Shown piece by piece: positions 1 to 7,830 of a stretch of 64,000 nucleotides of DNA. Origin of the DNA: Verrucomicrobiota bacterium (GTDB lineage: Bacteria > Verrucomicrobiota > Lentisphaeria > JABSQK01 > JAJFLO01); contig JAJFLP010000075.1 in NCBI GenBank assembly GCA_021772635.1, forward strand, positions 750 through 64,749, given 5' to 3'. The notes under the pieces are model-generated. The model was given only the letters and a program-made list of their open reading frames with translations, did not search any database and had not been told where the DNA came from. Made by a program: the position numbers and the translations under genes. The stretch's first letter is position 1. Each line of letters begins with the position of its first letter.

Positions 1-230
1 TCTTCCAGTTCCAGCCGATCAAGGCTCCGAAAGGCCTTCCGCAAAAGCATATCGCTAACCCGAGCGAACCTGCTTGTCAAGGTTTCGAATGCATCGAACT
101 CTTCGTCGGTTAGATTCTCTAGATCCGTTATCACGGAACATTGTCCATAGGATCGATGCAACCATTTTTCACCTTCATCCAGTTTTGATAAAGAGTCGAC
201 TAATAAGGTAATGAATTCGCTCTGTGTCAT
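1..230 (-). CDS. HEPN-type (nucleotidyltransferase substrate-binding) toxin/partner, runs off the left edge
   Basis: Manual translation from ATG at 230: MTQSEFITLLVDSLSKLDEGEKWLHRSY...DAFETLTSRFARVSDMLLRKAFRSLDRLELE; its ATG overlaps the stop of the upstream MNT gene (ATGA coupling). Confidence 0.7.
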   Translation of the reverse strand, partial: MTQSEFITLLVDSLSKLDEGEKWLHRSYGQCSVITDLENLTDEEFDAFETLTSRFARVSDMLLRKAFRSLDRLELE

Positions 231-508
231 AATTTTATACCCTCCGACTCCGCAATTGATACTAACGCATTATTCTTATCACTAGGCAGGATGATGTCAA
301 TTTTTTGCGGCCCCAGTCGATCCATTAGCTTTAATTTGATAGATCTGCGTTCGTTTAGCCCAATTAACTTGGACTTAACGAGTAAATCGATATCGCCACC
401 ACGTTTATTGTCATCAACCCGGGAGCCGAAAAGAAAAACTTCTGCATCAGGATCAAAGCTGGAGATAGCTTCCGTAATAACGCCTTTTTGTTCCTGCGAT
501 AATCTCAT
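227..508 (-). CDS. Minimal nucleotidyltransferase (MNT) antitoxin
   Basis: 93 aa with FLFGSRV..GGDIDLLV (GS...DxD) motif. Confidence 0.85.
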   Translation of the reverse strand: MRLSQEQKGVITEAISSFDPDAEVFLFGSRVDDNKRGGDIDLLVKSKLIGLNERRSIKLKLMDRLGPQKIDIILPSDKNNALVSIAESEGIKL

Positions 509-553
509 GTTATTTGCCGGACAAGAATTAGTGTGAATAATAGAGTAGGTAGG

Positions 554-952
554 CTAGGGCGCTAATACAATTAATCCGGGAACATACTGAAAATGCTCGT
601 CATAAGACACGAGGCGGGCTCCTAACTCCAGAGTTGCCGCAGCAATCCAAATGTCATTTGTCGGGATTGGTGTGCCATTTGTCTTTAGCGAACGTACAAG
701 GATTCCATATCTCTCTGCGGTATCACGATCGACATCTACGATCCGAACACCTGTAAGTTTCAGAAATTCATTGAACTCAGCAACGTTTTTATCGAATTTA
801 GAGCCGAGTTGGAAACCTGCATAGAGTTCGCCAACCGCGACGGCCGGTAGAAACACTAAATCTGCCGTTTCAACCAGATTCGTAAGTTCACCTGGTTTAC
901 GAAATAATTTCGTATAACCGTTTGTATCAAGTACTAACCTCATTAGCGCCAA
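554..952 (-). CDS. vapC: PIN-domain VapC toxin
   Basis: LVLDTN, VGELY, PIPTNDIWIAA, LVSYDEHF acidic PIN motifs. Confidence 0.9.
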   Translation of the reverse strand: MALMRLVLDTNGYTKLFRKPGELTNLVETADLVFLPAVAVGELYAGFQLGSKFDKNVAEFNEFLKLTGVRIVDVDRDTAERYGILVRSLKTNGTPIPTNDIWIAAATLELGARLVSYDEHFQYVPGLIVLAP

Positions 953-1215
953 ATTTCCTCATCGATTACTTCGAATATTGCCATATTTCGTTCGAATTCC
1001 TTCTCATCGCTCCGGCTCCAGCGTCCTGCTAAAGAACTGAGATCTCGTTTAATACTTCCGGTTTCCTCAAGACCAAGCCCTTTCTCAAGTACTTTTATAA
1101 CAGTCTTATTAAGACTTTGCTGATTCTCGCCAGCCAATTTCCGCAGTCCATTCTCCACCGGAGCGGGGATCTTTCTTAATGTTAGTTGATTCATTTTATG
1201 CCTCCAATTTGACAT
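943..1215 (-). CDS. Ribbon-helix-helix antitoxin (FitA/VapB-like); likely start MNQLTLR
   Basis: QLTLRKIP..L..LA.....SLN pattern; overlaps vapC start. Confidence 0.75.
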   Translation of the reverse strand: MSNWRHKMNQLTLRKIPAPVENGLRKLAGENQQSLNKTVIKVLEKGLGLEETGSIKRDLSSLAGRWSRSDEKEFERNMAIFEVIDEEIWR

Positions 1216-1220
1216 TACTT

Positions 1221-1253
1221 ATTGCATTCAATGTAATCTTAATTGCATCAATG
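1221..1253. promoter_or_regulatory. Palindromic operator upstream of vapBC
   Basis: ATTGCATT-C-AATGTAAT at 1221-1237 plus a partial copy ATTGCATCAATG at 1242-1253. Confidence 0.5.
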
Positions 1254-1285
1254 TCAATTATACCGAACGTCTTCAGGTTTTAAAC

Positions 1286-1494
1286 CCGGCGTTCTGCTGG
1301 CTAGCCTGATCTATGCATAAAGTTTCTACTGCGAGCATGTATCAGGCCTAATATAAATGAGTTACAAAGAACGGACGACCTTGAAATATTTCAATATTTC
1401 TTCAGCCGTACAACCTTCGTAACTCATTGATCTCAGGCCAGCTACAAGCGCTCGTAACGAAATTGATGCATAGACCAGGCTAGCAGAATGCCGG
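1286..1494. repeat. ~210-bp foldback (nested inverted repeat) element
   Basis: Outer arms ...ctagcctgatctatgcat / atgcatagaccaggctag...; inner arms aatgagttacaaag / cttcgtaactcatt. Confidence 0.65.
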
Positions 1495-1779
1495 TAAAAA
1501 ATATTGTTTCCACCGCGGCGGATTTCGCTAGGCTCAACACAGATCTTAGGTGATCAGTAAAAGTTGTCTCTCTCCGCACCAGCGGAGTCTCGGTCATCCG
1601 GACCGCATTCTCGGAGTCCGCTTATGCGGAGAGTCCGTCCATACGGACCAAAAATTGTACTGCTTGCAGTATAAATTAGCAAGGGAATGTGATATGGCGG
1701 ATGGGGAGCGGGGAAGGCGTGACAGGATGGAAAATAGGACAATCGTATAAACAAGAAGCAGGTACAAATTAAATGCAGT

Positions 1780-2250
1780 CTAGGGACTAGGGGATGGTGC
1801 GCTTAAAGTGCCCGCGTTGAGTTTGTCCTCAAGAAAAGTAATATCATCAGCGTCTTTGTCCCGAGCCACCGTTCGTTTACACGCCAATAAATCCTCGCCA
1901 CAGTCACAGAAAACCTGAAGTTCATTCTCGTCCCTATGCGTGACGCGACGCTTCTCCGCTTCGTCGAACTCCGGTAGTCCGATCGGCGCCAAATGAAATT
2001 GCAGCACTCCCCAGTTCGTCTGATATGTCTGTACGAAATTCTGACCTTTCGGACCTAATCTTATAACGGGGATATCGATAACATCTTCGAGGACGCGATT
2101 GATTAAGGTAAGATTTTCGAGATCATTTCTGGGGATATAGAAGTCCCAATCCATCGTGAATCTCGGAAACCCTTCCAAACGTACTGCTTGTCCGCCTATC
2201 ACGAGGTATCGGACGTTATGCTGGTTAAAAAGGTCAATTACCGGCTCCAC
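1780..2250 (-). CDS. Nucleotidyltransferase (DUF6036-like), putative TA component
   Basis: YLVIGGQAV...RFTMDWDF (GG...DxD) and C-terminal K....RDKDADD motif. Confidence 0.75.
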   Translation of the reverse strand: MEPVIDLFNQHNVRYLVIGGQAVRLEGFPRFTMDWDFYIPRNDLENLTLINRVLEDVIDIPVIRLGPKGQNFVQTYQTNWGVLQFHLAPIGLPEFDEAEKRRVTHRDENELQVFCDCGEDLLACKRTVARDKDADDITFLEDKLNAGTLSAPSPSP

Positions 2251-2432
2251 TTAGCACCACCGGATCGAATTAATTTTTTAATAATCTGAGATTTCCACGC
2301 GTTCATCTCTGCATACGAATTGAACTTCTGCGGGCTGAATTTTGGGATATTCGTTATTTTGGGTAATGCGTAGACTTTTCCCTCCGAAGCCCAAATCTTT
2401 AATTTTGCCTGATAATCGTCGGATATCTTCAT
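2238..2432 (-). CDS. Small hypothetical partner protein (64 aa, MKISDD...)
   Basis: Overlaps the start of the NTase gene; internal ATG at 2432 within ORF 2238..2549. Confidence 0.55.
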   Translation of the reverse strand: MKISDDYQAKLKIWASEGKVYALPKITNIPKFSPQKFNSYAEMNAWKSQIIKKLIRSGGAKWSR

Positions 2433-2811
2433 ATTCAACTTCCTAACCCAATTGATTTGCTGTCGAAGGAACGGATTGCCTCTTCTAAAGTTAGCCGAAT
2501 TTAATTTGATCACAATCGCTTGTCCGAAAACAAAAATGAACGGATACACTGCAAGCAGTACAGTTTTTTGCCAGCTTTGAATTCGTTACTAAGGTTTATG
2601 TTGAGCCTAGCGAAATCCGCCGCGGTGGAAAAGATATTTCGGAAGCCCGATGGAAACAAAGGAGAAACATTGGGGTCGTACTCGTTTATTATATATAACT
2701 ACTTATAAATAAACATTTAATATTGAGTTTAAGACCGGAGATAACGTGTGGCTTGTCAAAGATTAGCCGTGGCAAATACGGAGCGGGAGAATTGGAAAGA
2801 CTAAAAGCAGA

Positions 2812-2940
2812 TTTTCACCATGAAGGACATGAAGGTCACGAAGAGAAAGACGAAACGATAAAAATTAACCGCGGAGGGCGCTAAGTACGCAGAGGGATAA
2901 AACTAGAAATGTACGTTTTTCACCATGAAGGACATGAAGG
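2812..2940 (+). repeat. Nonamer-type repeats with a 24-bp direct repeat
   Basis: ttttcaccatgaaggacatgaagg at 2812-2835 and 2917-2940, with accgcggagggcgctaagtacgcagag between them. Confidence 0.7.
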
Positions 2941-3157
2941 GAAAGAATCGGAAATACGGGAGGTGATTTTCTTATTTACTATTCCCTGCCTTCTCATCTT
3001 CGTGCGGAGCAGGGGACAGTCGTCGGGGAGCGGGGATGGTAGTAAGGAGATAATATAAACGGAAAGAAAATTGGCTCCGGTCCCGACCTCCGCAGGGAGT
3101 CGGGAGATTCGAATTCGCCGCGGCGAATTAACAGCCGCCTTTTAGGAGGATTAAAAA

Positions 3158-3232
3158 TGGCTCCGGCAGTTGGATTCGAACCAACGACCAAGTGGTTAAC
3201 AGCCACCTACTCTACCGCTGAGCTATGCCGGA
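3158..3232 (-). tRNA. tRNA-Asn(GTT)
   Basis: TCCGGCA..GCTCAGCGGTAGAGT..GGTGG-CTGTTAA-CCACT..GTTGG-TTCGAAT-CCAAC-TGCCGGA-GCCA cloverleaf, 75 nt with encoded CCA. Confidence 0.97.
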
Positions 3233-3308
3233 ACCTGAAATTCAGAATAAGATCGATTATTTTAATGGGCGCCGATGATAATGCAAACTCATCGCCCTAT
3301 AAATTCTT

Positions 3309-3800
3309 CTAATTTTCACGTGCAGACTTCAAGCAACTTAAGATTAATCCGTAGAAGCTGTTGCCGCTGCTATTTTGATAACACCACCCTAAGTGAGTAG
3401 CGCATCCGGCGCAGCACACAATCGTCCAGGAATACGCTGGAAACCATGTCCATTCTTCGGTTGCTTCGCCAAAGCCTTGAACACCGGTTGCGTTACTAAA
3501 ACAACCTATCTCATAATCGACACCTTCCGGATTGCTAAAGCTGTGCACGTGCTTGCCTGTTATAGCGGTTCGCTGCCTCTCGGAGGTAATGGCTTGACTG
3601 CAACTCACGCAGAGTAATTCGTTATCCTCCAATTCAACGTGATCTAAATCTTGTTCGCGAACCAGTACCCTGCGGCTTTTCCCATTGGCAGAGTCAAGAA
3701 AGACAGCAAGCCGTTGGATACTTAAAAGATGGGAGACTCGGAGACAATTGGCACACCTGGTTAACGGATGTCCCAGATCAGTTGAAAATGTGACTGTCAT
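3309..3800 (-). CDS. Cereblon-like (CULT/Yippee fold) protein; true start probably downstream of 3800
   Basis: Two CxxC (CVSC, CAGC), HSFSNPEG, EWTWFPAYSW and HLGWCY thalidomide-binding-domain motifs. Confidence 0.85.
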   Translation of the reverse strand: MTVTFSTDLGHPLTRCANCLRVSHLLSIQRLAVFLDSANGKSRRVLVREQDLDHVELEDNELLCVSCSQAITSERQRTAITGKHVHSFSNPEGVDYEIGCFSNATGVQGFGEATEEWTWFPAYSWTIVCCAGCATHLGWCYQNSSGNSFYGLILSCLKSAREN

Positions 3801-3931
3801 GACGGGTATATCAGAAAAAGGTGTGCATTTGTTGCGGTATCACTACCGAAAGTATTGGAGTCACTGAGCAAGGCAGTAGCAGCCGTATTGGCGTAAGGGA
3901 GTCGTGGAGTGGTGGGTTAAGGATGCGCACG

Positions 3932-4066
3932 TCAGCCGTCTTCGTATACGGTATTACTTTCTTTGAGAACTAAACTGTCAACCCAATCGCCAGAATTACG
4001 CTTTACTTCAAGCCGTTCTACCAACTTCAATAGGCCGTTTTCTATTTTATACTCCAGTTCTTCACG
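3932..4066 (-). pseudogene. 3' remnant of a four-helix-bundle (TIGR02436-like) gene
   Basis: Manual translation ELEYKIENGLLKLVERLEVKRNSGDWVDSLVLKESNTVYEDG*; no ATG and an in-frame stop upstream. Family resemblance from memory only. Confidence 0.5.
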
Positions 4067-4086
4067 ACCGCGTAAATCGCTTCAAT

Positions 4087-5325
4087 TTAGATCAACGCAT
4101 AAACACTCTCTTCCCCAGTTTTCACATCTATCAGCTTAATATTATCCAGTGATTCCTGTAACAACCCCGGAACATCCAGCAGTGCTTCCTCGTCGATAAT
4201 TCGTTTAAGTTTAGCACCGGTCGACGGGGACTTCGGAGCAAAGACGGTGCAGCTATCAGGACAGTTCTCCTCCGACACATATAATGTGTTTATACTTTTT
4301 GCTATCCGAATGGTCTCGAGTTTGTCCATACCGACCAGGGGGCGTAATATCAGCATATCGGTTGCCTTCCCGATGGTATCCATGTTTCTAATGGTCTGAC
4401 TCGCGACCTGACCGACGGCATCGCCGCTCACCAAGGCCTGCGCCCCCAGCGAATGCGCGACAGCCTCTGCGATTCGGATCATCATTCTACGGTAAAGGAT
4501 TGTCCGGAACTTCTCCGTACAATTGTCGCGAACTGCTTTTTGGACCGGGACCAAATTGCAGGCTAAGAACTTCCCAGGCCGCTGATATTGATTTAGTATC
4601 TGAATGATCCGCCCGACTTTTGAAATCGACTCGGCATTGGTATACGGATAACTGTGGAAGGTGAGAAAATTCAGCGGGCACCCCCGCTTCATAGTCAGAT
4701 AACAGGCAACCGGGGAGTCAATGCCGCCGGAAAGCAACGCCAGAGCCGGGCCGTTACAGCCGCTTGGAAGCCCACCGGGGCCCGGGGTGTGGTCATAAAA
4801 TATAAAACTCCAGTCGTCTCGCACTTCGACGCCTACAGTTAAGTCAGCATGATTCAAATCGACGGTCATATTTTGGTATTTTGCAAGGAGCTGTTCCGCG
4901 AAATGGATCTCTAGTGCATTGGAAGTAAGCGGGAAGTTCTTATCGCTACGGCGTGCGCGCATGCGATAGCGAATGGTGTCGCCGTCGCGGCAGGCGCTAT
5001 TAAAACGCTCGTACACATCCGGGAAGGTCGCCAGCACGCATTTCTCTATCTCCGGCAGGGTGGAATCAACGATGATCCCCGGCGAAAACGACGCGAGTCC
5101 AAAAACTTTCGGAAGCCTCGCCTGGATGATCGATAATTCATCCTGGGTTAAGACCTTAAAATTCGAAATATGTAGTACAACGCGCCCCCGTTCCTGAATT
5201 ATTTTTATCGAACCGAGTTCCTTTAGTGCATGTCTTATCCCTTCTATAAACAAGGCTTCGAAATATCGGCGATTACCGCCTTTCAACGCGATTTCGTTGT
5301 ACCGGCACATTACTGAGTTAAACAT
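4087..5325 (-). CDS. thiI: tRNA 4-thiouridine synthase ThiI (THUMP + PP-loop, no rhodanese domain)
   Basis: RYNEIALKGGNR, THUMP region, LLSGGIDSPVA, GQVASQT. Confidence 0.92.
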   Translation of the reverse strand: MFNSVMCRYNEIALKGGNRRYFEALFIEGIRHALKELGSIKIIQERGRVVLHISNFKVLTQDELSIIQARLPKVFGLASFSPGIIVDSTLPEIEKCVLATFPDVYERFNSACRDGDTIRYRMRARRSDKNFPLTSNALEIHFAEQLLAKYQNMTVDLNHADLTVGVEVRDDWSFIFYDHTPGPGGLPSGCNGPALALLSGGIDSPVACYLTMKRGCPLNFLTFHSYPYTNAESISKVGRIIQILNQYQRPGKFLACNLVPVQKAVRDNCTEKFRTILYRRMMIRIAEAVAHSLGAQALVSGDAVGQVASQTIRNMDTIGKATDMLILRPLVGMDKLETIRIAKSINTLYVSEENCPDSCTVFAPKSPSTGAKLKRIIDEEALLDVPGLLQESLDNIKLIDVKTGEESVYALI

Positions 5326-5353
5326 GGTTTTATGTCCGAGTTAAGTGATTTAT

Positions 5354-5571
5354 GTTGCGTGTTGCGTGTTGCGTGATTCGTATTACGTGTTGCGTGATTC
5401 GTATTGCGTGGTACGTGTTGCGTTTGGAATATTACGTATTTACTGATGAGCACAGCACTGTGGTAAGATGGATATGATCAGAGAATTTCTATTTTCCCTA
5501 CATTCAATATTTTCCTCGCAACACGTAACACGCATCACGTAACACGGAATACGCATCACGCAACACGTTTC
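5354..5571. repeat. Inverted pair of degenerate 7-mer tandem arrays (GTTGCGT-like / ACGCAAC-like), empty
   Basis: ~12 in-phase units at 5354-5437 and ~8 complementary units at 5516-5571; 78-bp spacer. Confidence 0.85.
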
Positions 5572-6202
5572 AATCCTTATGTATCATTGGGACGAACCTA
5601 ACAGGTAAGGTACTGGTCTCGATGATCTTACCATTAGTTTTGTGCAATAAGAGTAGTCGCTGGTCAGCAGTCCCTACCGGGACGACGATCCGCCCTCCAT
5701 CAGCTAATTGATCGATCAACTGCCGCGGTACTGACTCGGGTGCGCATGTGACAATGATCCCCTGATACGGACCCTCTTCAGACCAGCCGGCATACCCGTC
5801 ACCGGTCTTTATGTACACGTTGCTATAGTTAAGCTTTTCTAACACGTTGGCGGCATGATCAGCGAGTTGAGGGACAACTTCCACCGAGTACACATCGCGG
5901 CAAATGCACGCGAGAATTGCGGTTTGATAACCTGATCCCGTCCCAATCTCAAGTACCGTGTCGCTGGGTTCCAGTTTTAAGAGCTCAGTCATATATGCAA
6001 CAATAAACGGCTGCGAAATCGTCTGTCCAAACCCTATTTGAGTCGGGTGATCGCCGTAAACGGCAGCGTCCGATTCGGTTCCTCTTGGCATAAAAAAATG
6101 CCGGGGAACCGTTTCCATTGCCGCTAGAATAGCGGTGTTCTTGACACCGTATTCCCGCACCTGACGCACCATCCTGAGGCGCCTCTCGGTAAAATCAGCC
6201 AT
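5570..6202 (-). CDS. pcm: Protein-L-isoaspartate O-methyltransferase
   Basis: VPRHFF, GQTISQPFIVAYM, VLEIGTGSGYQTA; probable start MADFTERR at 6202 (ORF extension to 6418 runs through a repeat). Confidence 0.93.
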   Translation of the reverse strand: MADFTERRLRMVRQVREYGVKNTAILAAMETVPRHFFMPRGTESDAAVYGDHPTQIGFGQTISQPFIVAYMTELLKLEPSDTVLEIGTGSGYQTAILACICRDVYSVEVVPQLADHAANVLEKLNYSNVYIKTGDGYAGWSEEGPYQGIIVTCAPESVPRQLIDQLADGGRIVVPVGTADQRLLLLHKTNGKIIETSTLPVRFVPMIHKD

Positions 6203-6239
6203 TTTTGTCATTGCTCCGATAATAAATAAGCCTCCTCTG

Positions 6240-6378
6240 AAACTTCGTGGATTTTCGATTGATGATTTTAGATTCCAGATTTTGTTCTGTCGGAAATTGA
6301 CCAAAAAACTATGGATGAACCCGTTTCGTATTGTAAAATGTGGGTTAAAAAGGAAACCCACTGGTGGACTCCCTTGAA
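6240..6378 (+). repeat. Dispersed ~140-bp element, family B copy 1
   Basis: Core 6263-6378 matches the reverse complement of 13481-13597 with 4 mismatches by eye; ends in CCCAC-TG-GTGG. Confidence 0.9.
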
Positions 6379-6419
6379 CGACGGCGATCATGTTATCATA
6401 AGAAGATATAAGATGCAAT

Positions 6420-6511
6420 TATACTAACTCCAGTCAGGTTTTCGACAAGTTCTCTAAAATCTTTGCCTACGGTCACAAGAGATCGTCGAAAATTCGACTG
6501 CTTGCAGTCTA
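6420..6511 (+). mobile_element. 92-bp MITE-like element, family A (diverged)
   Basis: tatact...caggttttcga...gaaaattcGACTGCTTGCAGTCta; same length as the copies at 19713 and 38943. Confidence 0.55.
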
Positions 6512-6652
6512 GTTAACACTTCAACCGAAAGTATATTAGTCCCGCAAAACGCTCGACGGTTTCGATTCAGATTTCAACAGCCTATTGGTCACCCCATCGC
6601 ATCATGTTCAAGGTTTATACCAACAATCACGGAGTAGCGTAGAATTATCGGA

Positions 6653-7408
6653 ATGAATGAGAATCCTATTGTATTAATTGTCGACAATAGTGCGGAAGTT
6701 CGCGGAACGATGCGGGAGCTGCTTGTCGATCAGAATCTGGAGATCTACGAAGCCGCGGATGGCAAAGGCGCGCTAGTTAAAATTGAGAAGATTAACCCCG
6801 ATCTCGTGTGTCTGGATGCGGAGCTCCCGACTCTCGACGGGGAAGCTGCGCTCCGGAAAATCCGGGAGAAATATGATCCAGCTGAGCTGCCGGTAATTAT
6901 GATTGCCGGCGACAAGGGCGAGATTACCCTGAAGAAGTTTAGTATTCTCGGTTGCCAGGGGTATATAGTTAAACCGTTTGATGCTCAGAAAGTTATCCTG
7001 GAAATAAACACAATTCTGAACAGACCATTGCCTTCAGGTCGGTCACGGGTTCATCCGGAATCACTGCGACTGGCAAATGATTTACTGGGGCGTCTCGGTA
7101 ACGTTTTCAGGGATAGATTCTTAGCGATTGTCGCAAATCTTTTGACCATACGCTACGCCGCTTTAGATACAGCAATTACACCGACCGAGGCTGCGATAAG
7201 CGAAGAGGTCGTTCGAAAACTTGAGCATTACATCCGAGTGCAGGATTGCCGGGAATATCTAATCCACAAGATTAGCCGCATCCCGGACGCCGATCACCAA
7301 ACCTTCCTAGACGAATACTATAAATTAGCCTGCGACGTCGCTTCGCGAATCTATAACGACAAAGACGCGTTCAAGGAATTTATCGAAGCGTATATACTTA
7401 AGAAGTGA
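6653..7408 (+). CDS. Response regulator: CheY-like receiver plus unrecognised C-terminal domain
   Basis: VLIVDN, DLVCLDAELP (phospho-Asp), YIVKPF. Confidence 0.8.
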   Translation: MNENPIVLIVDNSAEVRGTMRELLVDQNLEIYEAADGKGALVKIEKINPDLVCLDAELPTLDGEAALRKIREKYDPAELPVIMIAGDKGEITLKKFSILGCQGYIVKPFDAQKVILEINTILNRPLPSGRSRVHPESLRLANDLLGRLGNVFRDRFLAIVANLLTIRYAALDTAITPTEAAISEEVVRKLEHYIRVQDCREYLIHKISRIPDADHQTFLDEYYKLACDVASRIYNDKDAFKEFIEAYILKK

Positions 7409-7413
7409 GGAGT

Positions 7414-7573
7414 GTAGCGTGAAGAGTGTTGCGTAGAAGATAACGATGGGGAACAGGACACACGACATGAAAAGGAACACCTGCAGGTAAGTGTCAATCT
7501 ATTAAATTCAGTTGGCGAATCACGTAACACAGACCACGCAACACGAACCACGCAACACGAACCACGTAACACG
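7414..7573. repeat. Second inverted pair of 7-mer arrays, empty
   Basis: 3 units at 7414-7434 (gtagcgt gaagagt gttgcgt) and ~8 units at 7515-7573 (acgtaac/acgcaac/acgaacc); 80-bp spacer. Confidence 0.7.
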
Positions 7574-7830
7574 TCGAGAATTGATGCATGATGTAGGCTG
7601 GGGTTATCAGATTCATGAAGAGTAGAGAAAAAACTACGAGATAAACATTGACGATTTCGATTTCGATGGCGATTCCGACGTCATCTGAGGCAAGTTGAGG
7701 TTACGAGTACGAAGATAGAATACTAAACACGATACAGGCATCGACGGTAACGATTTAGACAACGACCTTTGCCAAGAGATTACGAGGACGGGTACGATTA
7801 AGCGTACTAAAATAGGAAACGAGACACTGA

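Larger units (their letters stand above)
1507..2631. mobile_element. Inverted-repeat-bounded cassette carrying a two-gene nucleotidyltransferase module
   Basis: 33-bp perfect inverted repeats at 1507-1539 (tttccaccgcggcggatttcgctaggctcaaca) and 2599-2631. Confidence 0.6.

Noticed and set aside
2812-2940. 24-bp direct repeats as a mini CRISPR array
   Set aside because: Only two copies, an 81-bp spacer, internal nonamer periodicity and no cas genes
3072-3080. tggctccgg duplication of the tRNA-Asn 3' end as an att site
   Set aside because: Only 9 bp, located 80 bp from the tRNA, and no integrase; could be chance
5354-5571. 7-mer arrays as CRISPR or coding repeats
   Set aside because: No unique spacers and no credible ORF through them
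6203-6418. N-terminal extension of the Pcm ORF, and the similar ORF 13339..13599
   Set aside because: Both translate the same non-coding family B repeat (PPVGFLFNPHFTIRNGF), so they are artefacts
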